Assembly: GCF_001194135.2 (NCBI RefSeq)
Contig: NC_068982.1
Location: 63,259,810 to 63,294,777, forward strand
Direction of reading: 5' to 3'
Origin: Octopus bimaculoides
Lineage: Eukaryota
Length of the DNA stretch: 34,968 bases
The notes under the pieces were generated by a model. It did no database searches. It saw only the letters and a list, made by a program, of their open reading frames with translations, and was not told the DNA's origin. Every line of letters begins with the position of its first letter. Positions within the stretch are counted from its first letter, which is position 1. A program made the position numbers and the translations under genes. Shown one piece after another: positions 34,935 to 34,968 of this stretch.

Positions 34935-34968
<34 letters not shown>
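34935..34968. repeat. (GT)n microsatellite at the window end
   Basis: Direct reading. Confidence 0.98.

Overview
AT-rich eukaryotic genomic DNA from a gapped short-read draft assembly. It has 9 N-gaps totalling 3,687 bp (about 10.5%), and 8 of them abut or lie within a few bases of microsatellites. The SINE families, R4/Dong-type and Penelope-type retroelements and dense (CA)n/(TA)n/(GATA)n arrays point to a cephalopod, most likely Octopus; this is inference from family recognition, not a search. No intact host gene, rRNA, tRNA or CRISPR array is supported, and nearly all listed ORFs are microsatellite or N-gap artefacts. Recognisable content: a decayed CR1/L2-group LINE (3.5-4.8 kb), an internally deleted R4/Dong-type RT+RLE LINE (11.4-12.4 kb), an RTE 3' end (12.6-12.7 kb), a Penelope-like element (24.6-25.6 kb), a TIR/TA-bounded Tc1 transposon with DD36E (Incomer-like) spacing (26.67-28.09 kb), and about 11 tRNA-derived SINE copies from three families. 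The most interesting unexplained signals are: (1) a 56-bp ungapped hairpin at 26355-26469 whose non-canonical pairs are almost all G:U on the + strand; (2) a 72-nt hairpin nested in an inverted-repeat-bounded segment at 31.6-32.2 kb; (3) an exact 50-bp direct repeat tied to the Penelope copy; (4) a possible orphan cytochrome-P450-like first exon. An Illumina adapter is embedded at 27147-27159.
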